Positions 62,762 through 64,000 of a stretch of DNA of 64,000 nt are shown here, in pieces. Within the stretch, counting starts at the first letter, position 1; every line of letters begins with the position of its first letter. The stretch comes from a phage: assembly GCA_011911785.1 (NCBI GenBank), contig GCA_011911785.1_4084.1; one strand, written 5' to 3'. Below the pieces are notes generated by a model. That model saw nothing but the letters and a program-made list of their open reading frames with translations, was not told the origin of the DNA and made no database searches. The translations under genes were made by a program, and so were the position numbers.

Positions 62762-63316
62762 ATGATTACTTTTAAGAAAACTGCCAACCACATCCATGAA
62801 ATCTACATTAACGGTCACAAAGCTGGCCTTCTTCGTTTACTCGCCCATCATCCTGATGCTACCGTATCTGATAATGAACCTAAAGATTGGCGTGTCTTTT
62901 TCTTTGGGAAGTACAGTGATTTTCAAGTATCAAACCTGAAGAACATTCGTTCAGTGTGTACGTTAACTGAAATTAAAGAAAAATTAGCAGAAGCATTGAA
63001 AACTAATCTAGATGGAGTTCTTCCACCTGATAACTTTGTAGAGAAAGGTTATGCCTTAGCTCATTTCAAAGATGGAACTATTCAATCTATCTATACTGCA
63101 TATGAATATCAATGGACTGAGTACTTCACTTATGGCTCCCGTGATACTTTGATGGCTTCACGTAGTAAATTGGAAGAAGTATTAACTATTATAAATGAAC
63201 GTGAACGTCATTTATATGATAAACCTGAAATGTGGAGTTCAACTTACATTGACCGTATTGACTATGTTATGATGACTCCAATCTTTGACACTGCTTACTA
63301 TGATTCTATGAAATAA
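62762..63316 (+). CDS. hypothetical protein (184 aa)
   Basis: RBS aatcgaggaactaccATG. Confidence 0.6.
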   Translation: MITFKKTANHIHEIYINGHKAGLLRLLAHHPDATVSDNEPKDWRVFFFGKYSDFQVSNLKNIRSVCTLTEIKEKLAEALKTNLDGVLPPDNFVEKGYALAHFKDGTIQSIYTAYEYQWTEYFTYGSRDTLMASRSKLEEVLTIINERERHLYDKPEMWSSTYIDRIDYVMMTPIFDTAYYDSMK

Positions 63317-63327
63317 GGATAACTTAT

Positions 63328-63504
63328 ATGAAACTACGTACTCGCAATCGTTTGATGGATGAACTGTACCACGAACGCTATACATTGAATGAAGTAAAGC
63401 GTCAGTTAATGCATACCTATCAGTTACCAGCCCGTGCAGCGAAACAACGTGCTAACGAATTGCTGAAAGAAGCAATCGAGTACTGGGAATCTGATTCGTA
63501 CTAA
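63328..63504 (+). CDS. small hypothetical protein (58 aa)
   Basis: Untracked ORF, RBS taaggataacttatATG. Confidence 0.45.
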   Translation: MKLRTRNRLMDELYHERYTLNEVKRQLMHTYQLPARAAKQRANELLKEAIEYWESDSY

Positions 63505-63543
63505 TATTACGTGATATGTCACGTTAATTAAGTGAGGCGATAA

Positions 63544-63795
63544 ATGAAAATTTTATTAGTTCTAATACTACTAATTGTTTTACCATTTACTTTAGTATCC
63601 CCTGAACTTGCATGGAATGTGTTTGTGTACTTAGTATGTACTATTGTAGTAAATGGTATCTTGTTCTTAGTTCTATTCATAAATGGAATAGGACACGGTG
63701 GAGGATGGACCAGTACTGCTGATATTGTACATAAAACCACTATGTCTTTATTTGTAGTGTGGAATTTATTCTGGACTTGGTTTGTGTTCTTCTAA
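63544..63795 (+). CDS. multi-pass membrane protein (83 aa)
   Basis: RBS taagtgaggcgataaATG; hydrophobic helices. Confidence 0.55.
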   Translation: MKILLVLILLIVLPFTLVSPELAWNVFVYLVCTIVVNGILFLVLFINGIGHGGGWTSTADIVHKTTMSLFVVWNLFWTWFVFF

Positions 63796-63803
63796 TTAAA
63801 AAT

Positions 63804-64000
63804 ATGAATATAGATTTGAAAGGTGCAACCAGAACTGTTATCCTTATTGGGGATTATGCTATCAAGATTCCAACCTTCAAAAGCTGGAAGTTATTCCTAA
63901 CTGGAATGATAGCTAACCTCAATGAACGCTCATGGATGCAGTACTCCAAGCGTAGTGACAGTGGGATATGTCCTACTCTGTGGTCATCGCGAACTGGCTT
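63804..64000 (+). CDS. hypothetical protein (3' end beyond window)
   Basis: ORF from ATG 63804 runs off the window end. Confidence 0.4.
   Translation, partial: MNIDLKGATRTVILIGDYAIKIPTFKSWKLFLTGMIANLNERSWMQYSKRSDSGICPTLWSSRTG

Overview
This window looks like a densely packed, AT-rich region of a large lytic phage genome, with about 140 short-to-medium ORFs almost all on the + strand, strong AGGAG-type ribosome-binding sites, and many near-consensus sigma70-type promoters and intrinsic terminators. All calls are from reading the sequence and the ORF track by eye; no searches or computations were run. Recognisable genes include a T4 gp44-like clamp loader, a GroES-like co-chaperonin, a HAD-type nucleotidase-like protein, a DEDDh 3'-5' exonuclease, a NADAR-domain protein, a PTH2-family peptidyl-tRNA hydrolase, a cytosine-C5 DNA methyltransferase, a sigma70-family sigma factor, an HNH endonuclease and a TraR/DksA-type zinc-finger protein. 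A tRNA cluster at 31.6-35.2 kb holds six canonical tRNAs (Ser-TGA, Gly-TCC, Ser-GCT, Met-CAT, Asn-GTT, Thr-TGT) and two atypical tRNA-like elements. The most striking feature is a paralogous family of at least 20 small proteins (about 115-190 aa) with variable N-termini and a conserved C-terminal motif close to [ST]-E-E-E-[YFL]-F-Q-x-S-L followed by a helical tail, arranged in tandem arrays; I do not recognise it as a described family. Other signals are a second mini-protein family (MTHEEWL, about 55 aa) interleaved with the tRNAs, roughly 7-fold over-representation of the palindrome AGTACT, composite terminator-promoter modules, and a GC-richer ORF-free island next to the HNH gene. No integrase, CRISPR array or structural or lysis module was recognised.
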